A DNA stretch of 64,000 nucleotides from a virus (lineage: Duplodnaviria > Heunggongvirae > Uroviricota > Caudoviricetes), in IMG/VR virus record IMGVR_UViG_2609460060_000003, positions 1-64,000 of that record. One strand, written 5' to 3'. Position numbers and translations under genes: made by a program. A model generated the notes under the pieces. It did not search any database. It was given only the letters and a program-made list of their open reading frames with translations, and was not told the origin of the DNA. Each line of letters opens with the position of its first letter. Positions within the stretch are counted from its first letter, which is position 1. Of the stretch, positions 12,595 through 21,913 are shown piece by piece.

Positions 12595-12661
12595 AAGTTC
12601 CCTCCTACGTTGTCAGGAGGTAATGGTATGCAAAGTAACTTCTCAACCGGTCATGTTGCTT

Positions 12662-12695
12662 GACATCCTCCACGTCCTTTAGAGCGTGGAGGATG
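12662..12695. other. 12-bp-stem hairpin immediately 5' of the intron-like element
   Basis: ACATCCTCCACG / CGTGGAGGATGT arms with a 10-nt loop; the next base begins GTGCG. Confidence 0.6.
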
Positions 12696-13550
12696 TGTGC
12701 GCCCAGCATGGGCGCGATCTTGGAGGTGAAAGCCCTCCCGCGAGCTGACCACAGCGAGCGAAATGAAGTGCAACTGCGTGAGGGCGACCGGGCGTGGGGA
12801 GGAAGCACGGAATGAACCCGTGAGCCGATGAACGAGAATCGGATATGAGGCGCGATGGAGCAAGGCGAGCAGGCACATCACTGCGAAGCTTTCGTGGTCA
12901 AGTCGAAGTCGCGCAGATCCGACGGTTGTGCGGGGAAGGATCGCGTTCTTACCTGGGGAGTTCTCGCCTCATGCCTGAAAGGGCAACGTCGTAAGACGGA
13001 GCGAGAAGTCAGCAGAGGCCGTAGTAGTCAGGACTCCGACGAAGGGCCGAACGAGAAGGAAAGCCAGAAGATATGACTCTTGACAGGACATTGCGTCAGA
13101 AGCCGAGGAAGCCCGGTACGGACCCGCATGCCGGGTGGTGTGGCAGGGGCGCAGCCCTTGTGCTCCCCCCTATGCCGATCAAGCAGAACATTGTGCTGGG
13201 CCTCTGACGCAGCTCCTTGATGGTCTTGGCATCGTGCTTAAGTGGATTGGTGTCGTCCCTGATAGGATCATGGAGGCAGAATGAAACTCAAAAATCCGGG
13301 ATAGCACGCAAAACAGGCTGCACAAAAAGCGCAGGTTGCGTAGGAGTGAAATCCCGCTCCCAAAAAATGGTGCAGAAGTTGCGGCAGTGGTCATCCGACG
13401 CACTGGAAAATAACAAACCCGCCGTGACCAGAATCGGAGGCCTGAGGGAGTGACCGAAAAACCGGACAACCCAGGCAGCAAATACCCGCTGGATGAGGCA
13501 TGGTTCCGGCAGATAATACCGAAAACCGCCAGACACACTGGATAATCAGT
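12696..13550 (+). mobile_element. Group II intron-like structured RNA segment (no intact reverse-transcriptase ORF; 3' boundary uncertain)
   Basis: Starts GTGCGCCCAGCATGGGCGCG (group II 5' GUGYG signature); GC-rich and GNRA-rich; CCGTAGTAGTCAGGACTCCGACGAAGGGCC resembles a domain II/III region; only short Arg/Pro-rich ORFs on both strands. Confidence 0.45.
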
Positions 13551-13599
13551 AGAAATAATCCATTAAAGTTATTATAATAATTGGTCACATTATTATATT

Positions 13600-14163
13600 A
13601 TGCTGAACAATAGAAATATGACTATTAATGAACTTAAAGACTGTATTCACTATGAAGTAATTGGTAGCGAGCGTCCTTTCTCTTGGCGAAAAGCAATTGT
13701 TCGCGCAATAAAACATAGAAGAGTTCGTTATTTATTTTGGTGGCGCATATCAAAATATCTTTTTGATAAAGGCGGATACAGGCGAAAGGTTGCAGGGAAA
13801 ATAGAACGCTTCATTCTTGACAAATACAATGTAACCGTTCCCTTAACGGTAAATATAGGGAAAGGGTTTGACATATCTTATCTCAATGGCGTTGTTATCG
13901 CTCACAAAGTCACAATCGGTGAAAATTGTTCAATTAAGCCCGGAGTAACTATTGGACTTCGCGGGGAATTTAATGACATGGATATTGTTATAGGAGATAA
14001 TGTGACCATTGGTTGTAATGCCACCATTCTTGGTGGCAAAGTGCGTATAGGAAACAATGTCACAATAGGTGCTCATGCATTGGTATTGCATGATATTCCT
14101 GATGATTCAACATTCATCACTAAATTTCAGTCTGAAGTTATCTGCTCGTCCTCCCGCACATAA
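13600..14163 (+). CDS. Hexapeptide-repeat (left-handed beta-helix) acetyltransferase, WcaB/CysE-like
   Basis: Tandem [LIV]-G-x4 repeats ([16 protein letters not shown]...[33 protein letters not shown]); AT-rich coding sequence; 3' end overlaps convergent tfa by 37 nt. Confidence 0.8.
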   Translation: MLNNRNMTINELKDCIHYEVIGSERPFSWRKAIVRAIKHRRVRYLFWWRISKYLFDKGGYRRKVAGKIERFILDKYNVTVPLTVNIGKGFDISYLNGVVIAHKVTIGENCSIKPGVTIGLRGEFNDMDIVIGDNVTIGCNATILGGKVRIGNNVTIGAHALVLHDIPDDSTFITKFQSEVICSSSRT

Positions 14164-14744
14164 CCCTGATTCATCAGCTCTGGCCATACGATATCCGGAG
14201 CTGTACTGGTATCAATTCGACTCACTAATACTCTGTATTTTCTCCAGGAGTCCAGTTGTGAATTTTCCTCGTTTGTTGCTATTTCAAGATTAACTGCGTC
14301 CTGCAGAATTGCGATGTTATCTGTTGCCTCCTGGATCAACCTTGCCTTTTTCTCTTCCGCTTCCCGTATCCGAAACAGTTTTTCTGCTTCCTCATCCTTC
14401 ACCCAGGATACGCCGTCCCACTTCTGATACTCCCCTGCTGGCGACAACCAGGTGACATTCTCTGGTAGCGGTCCGGGTTCAGAAATAAACAACGCGTCCC
14501 CCGATGCCACCTCATAGACCGTTTTACCACGATGGTCTTCAACAATATTCCACGATTCATTTTCACTGTTGAAAACTGCCACAAAGCCAGTAGGAATTTC
14601 CGGTGGGGCGATATCTGTAGAATTAGCTGGCAGCCCTGTATGAGGTGGAATATATGCGTCATCTTCACCAATAAACTCATTAGTTCCGGCCAGCAGGTTA
14701 TAAATTTTTACTGTACGTGATTGTTCACTCATTCTGAATGCCAT
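14127..14744 (-). CDS. tfa: Tail fibre assembly protein (lambda Tfa-like)
   Basis: [51 protein letters not shown] is near-identical to the lambda Tfa N-terminus as recalled; start overlaps the tail-fibre stop (TAATG). Confidence 0.9.
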   Translation of the reverse strand: MAFRMSEQSRTVKIYNLLAGTNEFIGEDDAYIPPHTGLPANSTDIAPPEIPTGFVAVFNSENESWNIVEDHRGKTVYEVASGDALFISEPGPLPENVTWLSPAGEYQKWDGVSWVKDEEAEKLFRIREAEEKKARLIQEATDNIAILQDAVNLEIATNEENSQLDSWRKYRVLVSRIDTSTAPDIVWPELMNQGYVREDEQITSD

Positions 14745-17700
14745 TATGCAAGCCTCACAATATAATTAAATGCGATGTTTTTAACGGTGTTTTCCGCGTT
14801 ACCAGCAGCATTAACGGTGATGGTATGTCCATGTGAACCAATCGCAACAGAGTGCGTATGAGCGCCAATACCAACTGTATGTGCATGCGCCCCTGCACTT
14901 GCAGCAGTGCCTGATACTGAGTGGGTGTGTGCACCAGAAGAAGGCACTGTTCCATTCCCCACGACCGTGCCACTTGATGAACCATCAAGCCAGTCGAAAT
15001 TCATACCTCCACTGTTTGGTCTCCTTAATGGAACGGTATGAGTATGTGCGCCAGCACTATTTGCAGTACCAGATACATTGTGGGTATGTGCACCTGTGTT
15101 ATTCGTTGGTTTAGTACCGTAATCAAACGACGATGTGGTTTTCGTCCCCAAATCCGTACTGGATGCGCTGGCGCTGTGGGTGTGCGATTTAATGCCGTCC
15201 TGTTCCTGAGACAATACGGCCCGACCACTGGCAGGTTTGCCCTTAATCGTCCAGCCACGCATATCAGGGATCACGCCTGACGGATAAGCCGCTGCAAGTT
15301 TCGGGTAGGCAGATTTGTCAAAAGCCTGCCCCTGCATCAGGGCATAGCCAGACGGAACGGTATCTGATGGCCACGGGATTGGTGCGCCGACTGGGTAGCT
15401 TTCTGGTGGAAGATTTTTCGAGGTATAAACTTCTGCCCAGTCTTCCTCAAAACCATAACCGTCTCTTGAAGAACGGTAGAACAGACCACCATTTCTGTAA
15501 TGCGCCTTCATCTGCAGGGTCCGGCAACTTCCGAATCCGGTATAGAAGTTAACCAGAATATAGCTGTCGCCAGAGCGGGTGACATTGTAAGCGCCTGATT
15601 CGGCATTCCAGGGAACGCCACCATCCGCATCGGCATATGTATCCGTTGACCCTCTGGCAAAAGCAGCCACATGCGCGGCGGTTAAAGTGATATCAGTAGA
15701 ACCATCAAATGGAACACCGGATATTTTTCTTGCAGTCTGAAGTTTTGTAGCAGTTGCAGCATTACCGTTCAAACTACCATTGATGCCGCCAGTAACATTG
15801 AGTCCATTACCGATCGTAACAGCACCATTGGCATTGTTAATGATAAGCGGCCTTAACCTATTATAGGTTCCTAGGCTGTTACCCGAATCGGTCAACATGA
15901 AATATGTGTTTGAACCATCGTTTCGGATAAAGAATCCGTAGTTTCCGTAGGCAATGCGCAGACCATTCGCCGATTTGGAAATAATCTCGCCAGCAGCAGT
16001 TAATCCGCCAGTTAACGCTCCTCCAGATAGTGGTAAAGCTCCGACATCAGCCGCAGTAGGCTTGTTTTTAGTGTTATACGCTCTGCGCCATCCTGGTGAA
16101 TAGCTCGTCCCGTTAAACACATAGACAAACTCCGCATTAGTGAGTGCGCCAGAGACACCTGTCGTTGTTGCCGTTGTTATACGAATCGTATAATTGTTTG
16201 AGCTACTGCCGTTATTAAATACCTCAATAACTGCGCCAGCCAGTGGAATAATGCCGCATCCTGTTTCGCTGTCTGGTATGGATGCACTATTTGCATACGC
16301 CCAGGCACAACGCGCTATCCATGCTTTTGCATTAAAAGCACCATTATCTCGTAGCAGAGTCACTAATTGCTCTGTTGTTATTGAAGCTCCATTATCACCT
16401 GTTACAAGCCAACCAGTAGGAGATGCCGGGCAACCAATATTTGCTGGTGACAGTGAAATATTCGCAGAACCGTCAAATGAAACCCCATTAATGGTACGCG
16501 CTGTTAGCAATTTGGTAGCCGTAGCTGCATTACCGGTTGTGTTCTGGTTACCAGCAATGTTTACACCCGGCAGATTGATATTGGCGGAGCCATCGAATGA
16601 TACGCCGCCTATTGTGCGTGCTGTTTGCAGTTTTGTTGCAGTTGCAGCATTGCCAGTAGTGCTCTGATTACCTGTTTTATTCACACCTGGCAGGTCGATG
16701 TTTGCGGTACCATTAAATGAAACGCCACCAATGGTTCTTGCCGTTTGTAATTTCGTGGCAGACGCCGCATTTCCTGTTGTGTTCTGGTTGCCCGTTGTAT
16801 TTACGCCCGGTATGGAGTCTTTCGATGTATAGACCTGTGCCCACTCAGACCATGCCGCATCTGTGTTATCTCTTCGGGAGCGAATGAAAACTGGCGCATG
16901 TGCACCGCTCGTACCACTCCAGCCAATAAGCAACTCGCCCTCACCAGCAGCACTCGCACCTTTCATGTGCAATACGTTGCCATACGTGGTCGGGTAGCTA
17001 TTGTTGTACGCCTCGTACATTTGAATGCCAGCAGTGCCTTGAGTAGAGCCGCTTAACGCCGTAACTCGGCCACGAGATACCAATGTATTAATGTTGATAT
17101 CGCCTGAGCCATCAAACTTAACACCGTTGATGTTTCTTGCCGTCGCAAGTTTTGTCGCGGTAGCAGCATTCCCCGTGGTGTTCTGGTTACCTGTTGTATT
17201 TACACCTGGAAGATTGATATTGGCCGAGCCATCAAATGCCACACCGCCAATCGTGCGTGCTGTTTTCAATTTCGTCGCGGTGTCGGCGTTCCCTGTCAGC
17301 GCCCCGGTGATCCCGCCGTTGAAAGTCTGGCGCGCACTCCATGTGTTAGCCGTGCTCAACAGGGGGATCTTTTCACCGCTGGTACCGAGTTCTCTTAAAC
17401 CAAGGTATTGGATAACGGCCAGTGTGCTTGTTTTAGCCAGAATATCGCGACCGACTGACGTTAAATCAGTCTGCGCTACCGTATCCTTACCAGTGAAATA
17501 AGGCAGTTTGTTTGCACCAGTCGCAAGGGCAGCGAGCGCGGTTAAAGTTGCATCCAGAGGCTGTTTGCCTGCCAGCGCATTTGTCATTGTTGTCGCAAAG
17601 TTCGGGTCATTGCCCAGTGCTGCTGCAAGCTCATTCAGAGTATCAAGAGCTTCAGGTGATGAGCCGACCAATGCAGAGATAGCAGCTCTTACATAAGCGG

Positions 17701-18763
17701 TCGTAGCAATCTGCGTGTTATTCGTACCCTGTGCAGCGGTAGGCGCAGTAGGTATTCCCGTTAATGCAGGACTTGCTAAAGGAGCTTTAAGAGCCAGAGC
17801 ATTGTTGATAGTTGTGCTGAAATTCGGGTCGTTATTGATCGCAGCAGCTATTTCTTTAAGCGTATCCAGTGTGCCAGGTGCACCGTTGATAAGTGCCGTT
17901 ATAGCTGCCTTAACAAAGGCTGTATTTGCGATCTGCGTGCTGTTTGTACCTTGCGCTGCCGTCGGCGCGGTTGGCGTTCCTGTCAGACTCGGGCTTTCTA
18001 TTGGCGCTTTGGTATCAGCCAGCTCTTTTACAGACTTAACGGCTTTAGGGGTAGCCGCCATTGTTTCGCTGTCGCTGTTAGTTGCGCTACTGAGCTGAAC
18101 TAATCCCTTTTGTGTTGTGCTTGCATCCTGCGCCGTATACTTGCTTTTAGCCAGATCGTAGGCTTTTTTAACTGCCAGCGAACTCGCAGCAACATCACTT
18201 CTGGTACTGGTTACAGAGTCTGAAATATCAATGCCGATCGTGCGGTTGATACGCTTGGATGTATCAATCATCTCCTGGGTAATGGCAGATACACCAGCAG
18301 GGATATTCACCGTACAAACAAGCAGCTCCCCATCTCCTAACTGATATGAATCGGTATAGGTTCTGGAAACAAATTCAGCCGCATGAATATGTGACGCGGT
18401 ATTCACCTGATAGGTATCTTCTCCAAGGAGGTATCTTCCCTTCAGCACAATTGCATATTTCTTGCCTGCACTAAGTGCAAGAGAAATATCCTTACGTTGC
18501 TGAATAGTTACCTGGTAGAATTCACCAATATCCACCGACGCCGCGCCTGCGGTTTTATCACCATCCACTGAGGTGATTAACAGGTTCATCCCACCGCCAG
18601 GCTTAGGTAAGAAACCGGCATAAAATCCCGGGTCAACAATCCCCCTGAATTTTCGGTTTAGCGCGGCTGACAGATATGGTTCGTGGTATTGCACATCAGC
18701 CACCAGAGCCAACGACTCGGGTGATGGGTAAGTAACCGATGTGACAACTGTAACGTCATTCAT
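14744..18763 (-). CDS. Tail fibre protein (P1 S-like N-terminal part with lambda Stf-like distal part)
   Basis: 1339 aa from ATG 18763 (AAGGA RBS); at least six ~24-aa repeats [28 protein letters not shown]; followed by tfa. The track ORF from 18850 overlaps the upstream gene and is rejected as the start. Confidence 0.85.
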   Translation of the reverse strand: MNDVTVVTSVTYPSPESLALVADVQYHEPYLSAALNRKFRGIVDPGFYAGFLPKPGGGMNLLITSVDGDKTAGAASVDIGEFYQVTIQQRKDISLALSAGKKYAIVLKGRYLLGEDTYQVNTASHIHAAEFVSRTYTDSYQLGDGELLVCTVNIPAGVSAITQEMIDTSKRINRTIGIDISDSVTSTRSDVAASSLAVKKAYDLAKSKYTAQDASTTQKGLVQLSSATNSDSETMAATPKAVKSVKELADTKAPIESPSLTGTPTAPTAAQGTNSTQIANTAFVKAAITALINGAPGTLDTLKEIAAAINNDPNFSTTINNALALKAPLASPALTGIPTAPTAAQGTNNTQIATTAYVRAAISALVGSSPEALDTLNELAAALGNDPNFATTMTNALAGKQPLDATLTALAALATGANKLPYFTGKDTVAQTDLTSVGRDILAKTSTLAVIQYLGLRELGTSGEKIPLLSTANTWSARQTFNGGITGALTGNADTATKLKTARTIGGVAFDGSANINLPGVNTTGNQNTTGNAATATKLATARNINGVKFDGSGDININTLVSRGRVTALSGSTQGTAGIQMYEAYNNSYPTTYGNVLHMKGASAAGEGELLIGWSGTSGAHAPVFIRSRRDNTDAAWSEWAQVYTSKDSIPGVNTTGNQNTTGNAASATKLQTARTIGGVSFNGTANIDLPGVNKTGNQSTTGNAATATKLQTARTIGGVSFDGSANINLPGVNIAGNQNTTGNAATATKLLTARTINGVSFDGSANISLSPANIGCPASPTGWLVTGDNGASITTEQLVTLLRDNGAFNAKAWIARCAWAYANSASIPDSETGCGIIPLAGAVIEVFNNGSSSNNYTIRITTATTTGVSGALTNAEFVYVFNGTSYSPGWRRAYNTKNKPTAADVGALPLSGGALTGGLTAAGEIISKSANGLRIAYGNYGFFIRNDGSNTYFMLTDSGNSLGTYNRLRPLIINNANGAVTIGNGLNVTGGINGSLNGNAATATKLQTARKISGVPFDGSTDITLTAAHVAAFARGSTDTYADADGGVPWNAESGAYNVTRSGDSYILVNFYTGFGSCRTLQMKAHYRNGGLFYRSSRDGYGFEEDWAEVYTSKNLPPESYPVGAPIPWPSDTVPSGYALMQGQAFDKSAYPKLAAAYPSGVIPDMRGWTIKGKPASGRAVLSQEQDGIKSHTHSASASSTDLGTKTTSSFDYGTKPTNNTGAHTHNVSGTANSAGAHTHTVPLRRPNSGGMNFDWLDGSSSGTVVGNGTVPSSGAHTHSVSGTAASAGAHAHTVGIGAHTHSVAIGSHGHTITVNAAGNAENTVKNIAFNYIVRLA
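17390..17415. other. Relic DNA-invertase crossover site (cix/gix/hix-like) inside the tail fibre gene
   Basis: TTCTCTTAAACC-AA-GGTATTGGATAA: 26 bp, two 12-bp half sites around a central AA, matching the Hin/Gin/Cin recombination-site pattern; no second copy and no invertase gene in the window. Confidence 0.5.
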
Positions 18764-18774
18764 CAAGCATATCC

Positions 18775-19209
18775 TTATGCTGTAGTCGTGTTTATGGCCA
18801 TAACTGCGGTATATGTTTTGCCCACATACAGCGAGTCTTCCTGGACACAAATAATGGCGATTGGCTTGTTCTCGTTATCCAGAACAACCAGAGTGTTGAA
18901 TGGGTAGTTTTTCCCTTCCTGCAACTGGCTTTGATCAAGGTCCATTCGGACAGTTATTATCCCGCCTGAGTAGGTTGGGACGAGGTTGATGGTGCAAAAT
19001 TGACTGGTCAGTTCTGCCAGATCGAAAGCCTTTGGCAGTTCTCCAATCTCATAAGTGCCATCTCCTTTCTTAGTAACCAGTGAACTGGTACCGAAAACGG
19101 CCTTGCTGATTAAAAATCGAGAGCCTTTGTTAATGGACGATTCAGCGCGCCGCTGATAGTAATAGTCCAACAACTGACTCTTATAGAGGTTTGTTGAGAC
19201 GTCAGACAT
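18775..19209 (-). CDS. Tail fibre-associated protein (P1 R-like)
   Basis: 144 aa immediately upstream of the tail fibre gene; stop overlaps its RBS. Confidence 0.45.
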   Translation of the reverse strand: MSDVSTNLYKSQLLDYYYQRRAESSINKGSRFLISKAVFGTSSLVTKKGDGTYEIGELPKAFDLAELTSQFCTINLVPTYSGGIITVRMDLDQSQLQEGKNYPFNTLVVLDNENKPIAIICVQEDSLYVGKTYTAVMAINTTTA

Positions 19210-19287
19210 GATTTTCCCTAATCAATGTTGTGAAGCCTCATTGTAAGAGAAGTAACTTGTCACCCCGCCCTGCGGACGGGGTGATTG

Positions 19288-20127
19288 TCAGGCGTCGCTA
19301 TCCAGCAACAAATCATCTGCGCGTGTGCGATCAAACGTAGGTGTCGCTTTCACAATAGTGCCACCAGGCGTTGCGGTGATCGGGGCGCTAATCGACGTAA
19401 CTCCAGTAAGCGAAGTTGTATCCGAAGTTTCAAACCAGCAGAATGCTTTTTCGGTATCAGAAATCTCGTTCAAAGTGATCATGTCGGCCTGTTCATTTAC
19501 AACAACCGACAAATAGAGCGTAAGCCCATCAAACACTATATGCAGTGGCAGTAGAGGCTTTACGAACTGATTAAACTTTCTGAGAATTTCTTCTGTAATT
19601 GCGGACTGATCTATCGTGCCAGTAATCCCCATTGTCCGGGCCAGGTCGTTTATGGGAATACTGATCATCCCTCTGGAAGTCAGAAACATCTCGCCGAATG
19701 TGCCGCCGGTAGTCTCCAGTGTGCTTTCTGGTATTAGAACCGTGCCATAGGGATGACGCTCAAGGTCCACCGGTGCATATATCGGATCCCATAAAACAGA
19801 AATACCGTTAAATTCGCGGTAAATTGTCTGGTTTATAGGGCGTTCAGTCCCCTTAAAGTGAATCTCATCAAGACGCTGTTGTAACAACATCGGAACGGAA
19901 GATGAGTTCGACGTTCTGATAGTAAAGAACTGGCCAAGTTCATTTGTCCTGGTCTCCAGATCCTCCTTGCTCATGGAAAAAATAGACTTCCGGTTGGTAA
20001 TTCGCTCCAACCATGGGTCAACAAAGGTATCCATCATTGACTGAACCAAATCAGCCAATGATTTATAAAGTAATGACTTTTGCTTAGCTGATGTAAGCCG
20101 GTTATTAAACCAGGAACGCTGCATCAC
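19288..20127 (-). CDS. Baseplate protein (P1 gp16-like)
   Basis: 279 aa in the tail/baseplate block; stop overlaps the next gene. Confidence 0.4.
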   Translation of the reverse strand: MMQRSWFNNRLTSAKQKSLLYKSLADLVQSMMDTFVDPWLERITNRKSIFSMSKEDLETRTNELGQFFTIRTSNSSSVPMLLQQRLDEIHFKGTERPINQTIYREFNGISVLWDPIYAPVDLERHPYGTVLIPESTLETTGGTFGEMFLTSRGMISIPINDLARTMGITGTIDQSAITEEILRKFNQFVKPLLPLHIVFDGLTLYLSVVVNEQADMITLNEISDTEKAFCWFETSDTTSLTGVTSISAPITATPGGTIVKATPTFDRTRADDLLLDSDA

Positions 20128-21557
20128 TCCTCCTCATACGAAATATTAAAGGTGGAGTTTTCTGTATCCAGATAAACGAAATCGTAAAAGCCGTTGGACT
20201 CATTCCACTCGACAAATTCCAGATAAAAGTCGCGGAAATAACCCAGCGTTTCGATAAATGCCCAAACGTCTTTTTTCTTGATTAGGATGTACTTGCCGAC
20301 ACGGTTCGGATCAAAGAAAGTTGAGTCACGCCCAAATTTTGTTTCCAGTGCCGACTTCAGCTCATCAGTCACGTTCTCAATGGTCAGGCTTGCCGATATC
20401 CGCCCAGTGATGGTGATCTTAAAGGGGAGTTTTCTGACCTCTTTATACGAGAATTTCTTGTTCAACTCATTCGGCACCTTCTTAAAGGCAGCCAGGATCA
20501 TTTCTTCAAGCTCTGACTGGCTTTTGTTTGGATGCCATCCTGAAATAAATATCTTATTGATATTCCGAACATTATAAGCACCATCTAATTTCTCTTGCTG
20601 GCCTTCGCCCCATGCCTTTACCCAGGACAGTCCCGGGATGTTACGCACCAGAAAATACGTATAGTCCCCGCCCCATACGACCTGATCATCATAGGCAAGG
20701 TAATATTGTGCACGGTTACGTGTGATCTCCGTTGTTTCGGCATCGGTACCTGCGGTTATAGGTGTCGTTGTCTTAACTGAAATCAAATTAGCTAAATTAG
20801 CCGCAGAATCGACAGGCGTCAGGTTTTGGCCAGCAACCAGGGTTATATCGCCGTTGGTGCACCATACCTTAAGCGTAATGGTCGAGCCTTCTGGCGGTAT
20901 TTGCCCAATTAGCCCATCACCGAATCGAACCCCCAACTGCTCGGATGGTTTATAAAACTCAACGTAGACCTGGCTTTTACTACCGGCTAACCGGAACATA
21001 GTGCTGGAAGACCACTGCGTGGTCTTACCATCGGTCGTCACGAATACTTCCAGCTTATAGCAGACAGCAGTGAGAGCCTTTGATAACACGACTTCCAGAA
21101 ATTCTTTGGCTGCCGTAACGGTATATGTCACCTCCTGGATTTCCAACTGTGCCACTTCTACCGTACCGGTGCCGTCAACCAACCTGCATACATCCATAGT
21201 CATGTAAGGGTACTGGTCGTCAGATATTAAAGGCATGTTTTTGGGGATTACCGCTGGGGCATCTTCACTTGTGGCGGTGATCTCAATCATCCCCGATGAC
21301 GGTGTTGGCTTGGTACCAACGTAACTATTCGTTTCTGCCGCTGCCAGGATAGAGGAACGCCGCGTCGCGGTCGATATAAAGCCTTCAGCCAGCGCCGCAT
21401 CGGCATACTGAAAGCACCTGTAGACAATCTGGGTAATAAACAATGTCAGCATCGAGACAAATTGAGAGCCGACAAACTTCGACCAGAATGAATCTTTCTC
21501 GACAAGCTCTTCAAACTCTGCACGAATACTGTCTTTAGTCGGTGTTGTTTTACTCAT
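20124..21557 (-). CDS. Baseplate protein (BplA-like)
   Basis: 477 aa, translationally coupled to flanking tail genes. Confidence 0.45.
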   Translation of the reverse strand: MSKTTPTKDSIRAEFEELVEKDSFWSKFVGSQFVSMLTLFITQIVYRCFQYADAALAEGFISTATRRSSILAAAETNSYVGTKPTPSSGMIEITATSEDAPAVIPKNMPLISDDQYPYMTMDVCRLVDGTGTVEVAQLEIQEVTYTVTAAKEFLEVVLSKALTAVCYKLEVFVTTDGKTTQWSSSTMFRLAGSKSQVYVEFYKPSEQLGVRFGDGLIGQIPPEGSTITLKVWCTNGDITLVAGQNLTPVDSAANLANLISVKTTTPITAGTDAETTEITRNRAQYYLAYDDQVVWGGDYTYFLVRNIPGLSWVKAWGEGQQEKLDGAYNVRNINKIFISGWHPNKSQSELEEMILAAFKKVPNELNKKFSYKEVRKLPFKITITGRISASLTIENVTDELKSALETKFGRDSTFFDPNRVGKYILIKKKDVWAFIETLGYFRDFYLEFVEWNESNGFYDFVYLDTENSTFNISYEEE

Positions 21558-21913
21558 AGCACCACGTCCTGTGTGATAGTTATATCCCTGATACGAATGG
21601 ATATTTTCAACTTATCAAAAGCATCTCCCTCGGCTACTGACAAGCCAGAAATCGGTATGTCAGGTAAATCTACCGTCAGTTTTTGCAACAGCATTGCCTC
21701 AACCGCAATTTGAACATGCGACAAGTTGGTCGGTTCGTGTTTAAACTGCGGTAAAACATTGCCCCATGACGGATCTCCGTATACCTCACCCTGATAAGTG
21801 TTTAGCCACTCATATAAACGAGCGCCCCAGGCCTCCTCCTGGGACTCATACGTTTTTACGCCGGATAACTCCAGCGTCAGTAAAGGATCAATTTCATTAT
21901 TGTTGGCCATCAA
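21554..21913 (-). CDS. Small tail morphogenesis protein
   Basis: 119 aa, overlaps both neighbours by 4 nt. Confidence 0.4.
   Translation of the reverse strand: MMANNNEIDPLLTLELSGVKTYESQEEAWGARLYEWLNTYQGEVYGDPSWGNVLPQFKHEPTNLSHVQIAVEAMLLQKLTVDLPDIPISGLSVAEGDAFDKLKISIRIRDITITQDVVL

Noticed and set aside
12855-13560. Possible remnant reverse-transcriptase ORF of the intron-like element
   Set aside because: All three forward frames are interrupted by stops within 30 to 80 codons and none shows recognisable RT motifs.
12605-13588. Eight short ORFs (65-119 aa) on both strands across the GC-rich segment
   Set aside because: Arg/Pro/Ser/Gly-rich, mutually overlapping, no RBS and no protein-like pattern; the region is better explained as structured non-coding RNA.
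12600-14163. A cin-type serine invertase and second cix site expected beside the tail-fibre genes
   Set aside because: No resolvase-like ORF and no inverted copy of the 26-bp site anywhere in the window; only the single relic site inside the fibre gene.
16194-18098. ORFs 16194..16667, 17091..17501, 17508..17696 and 17715..18098 on the plus strand
   Set aside because: Antisense to the tail-fibre gene and created by its internal repeats (Ala/Val/Pro-rich low-complexity translations).
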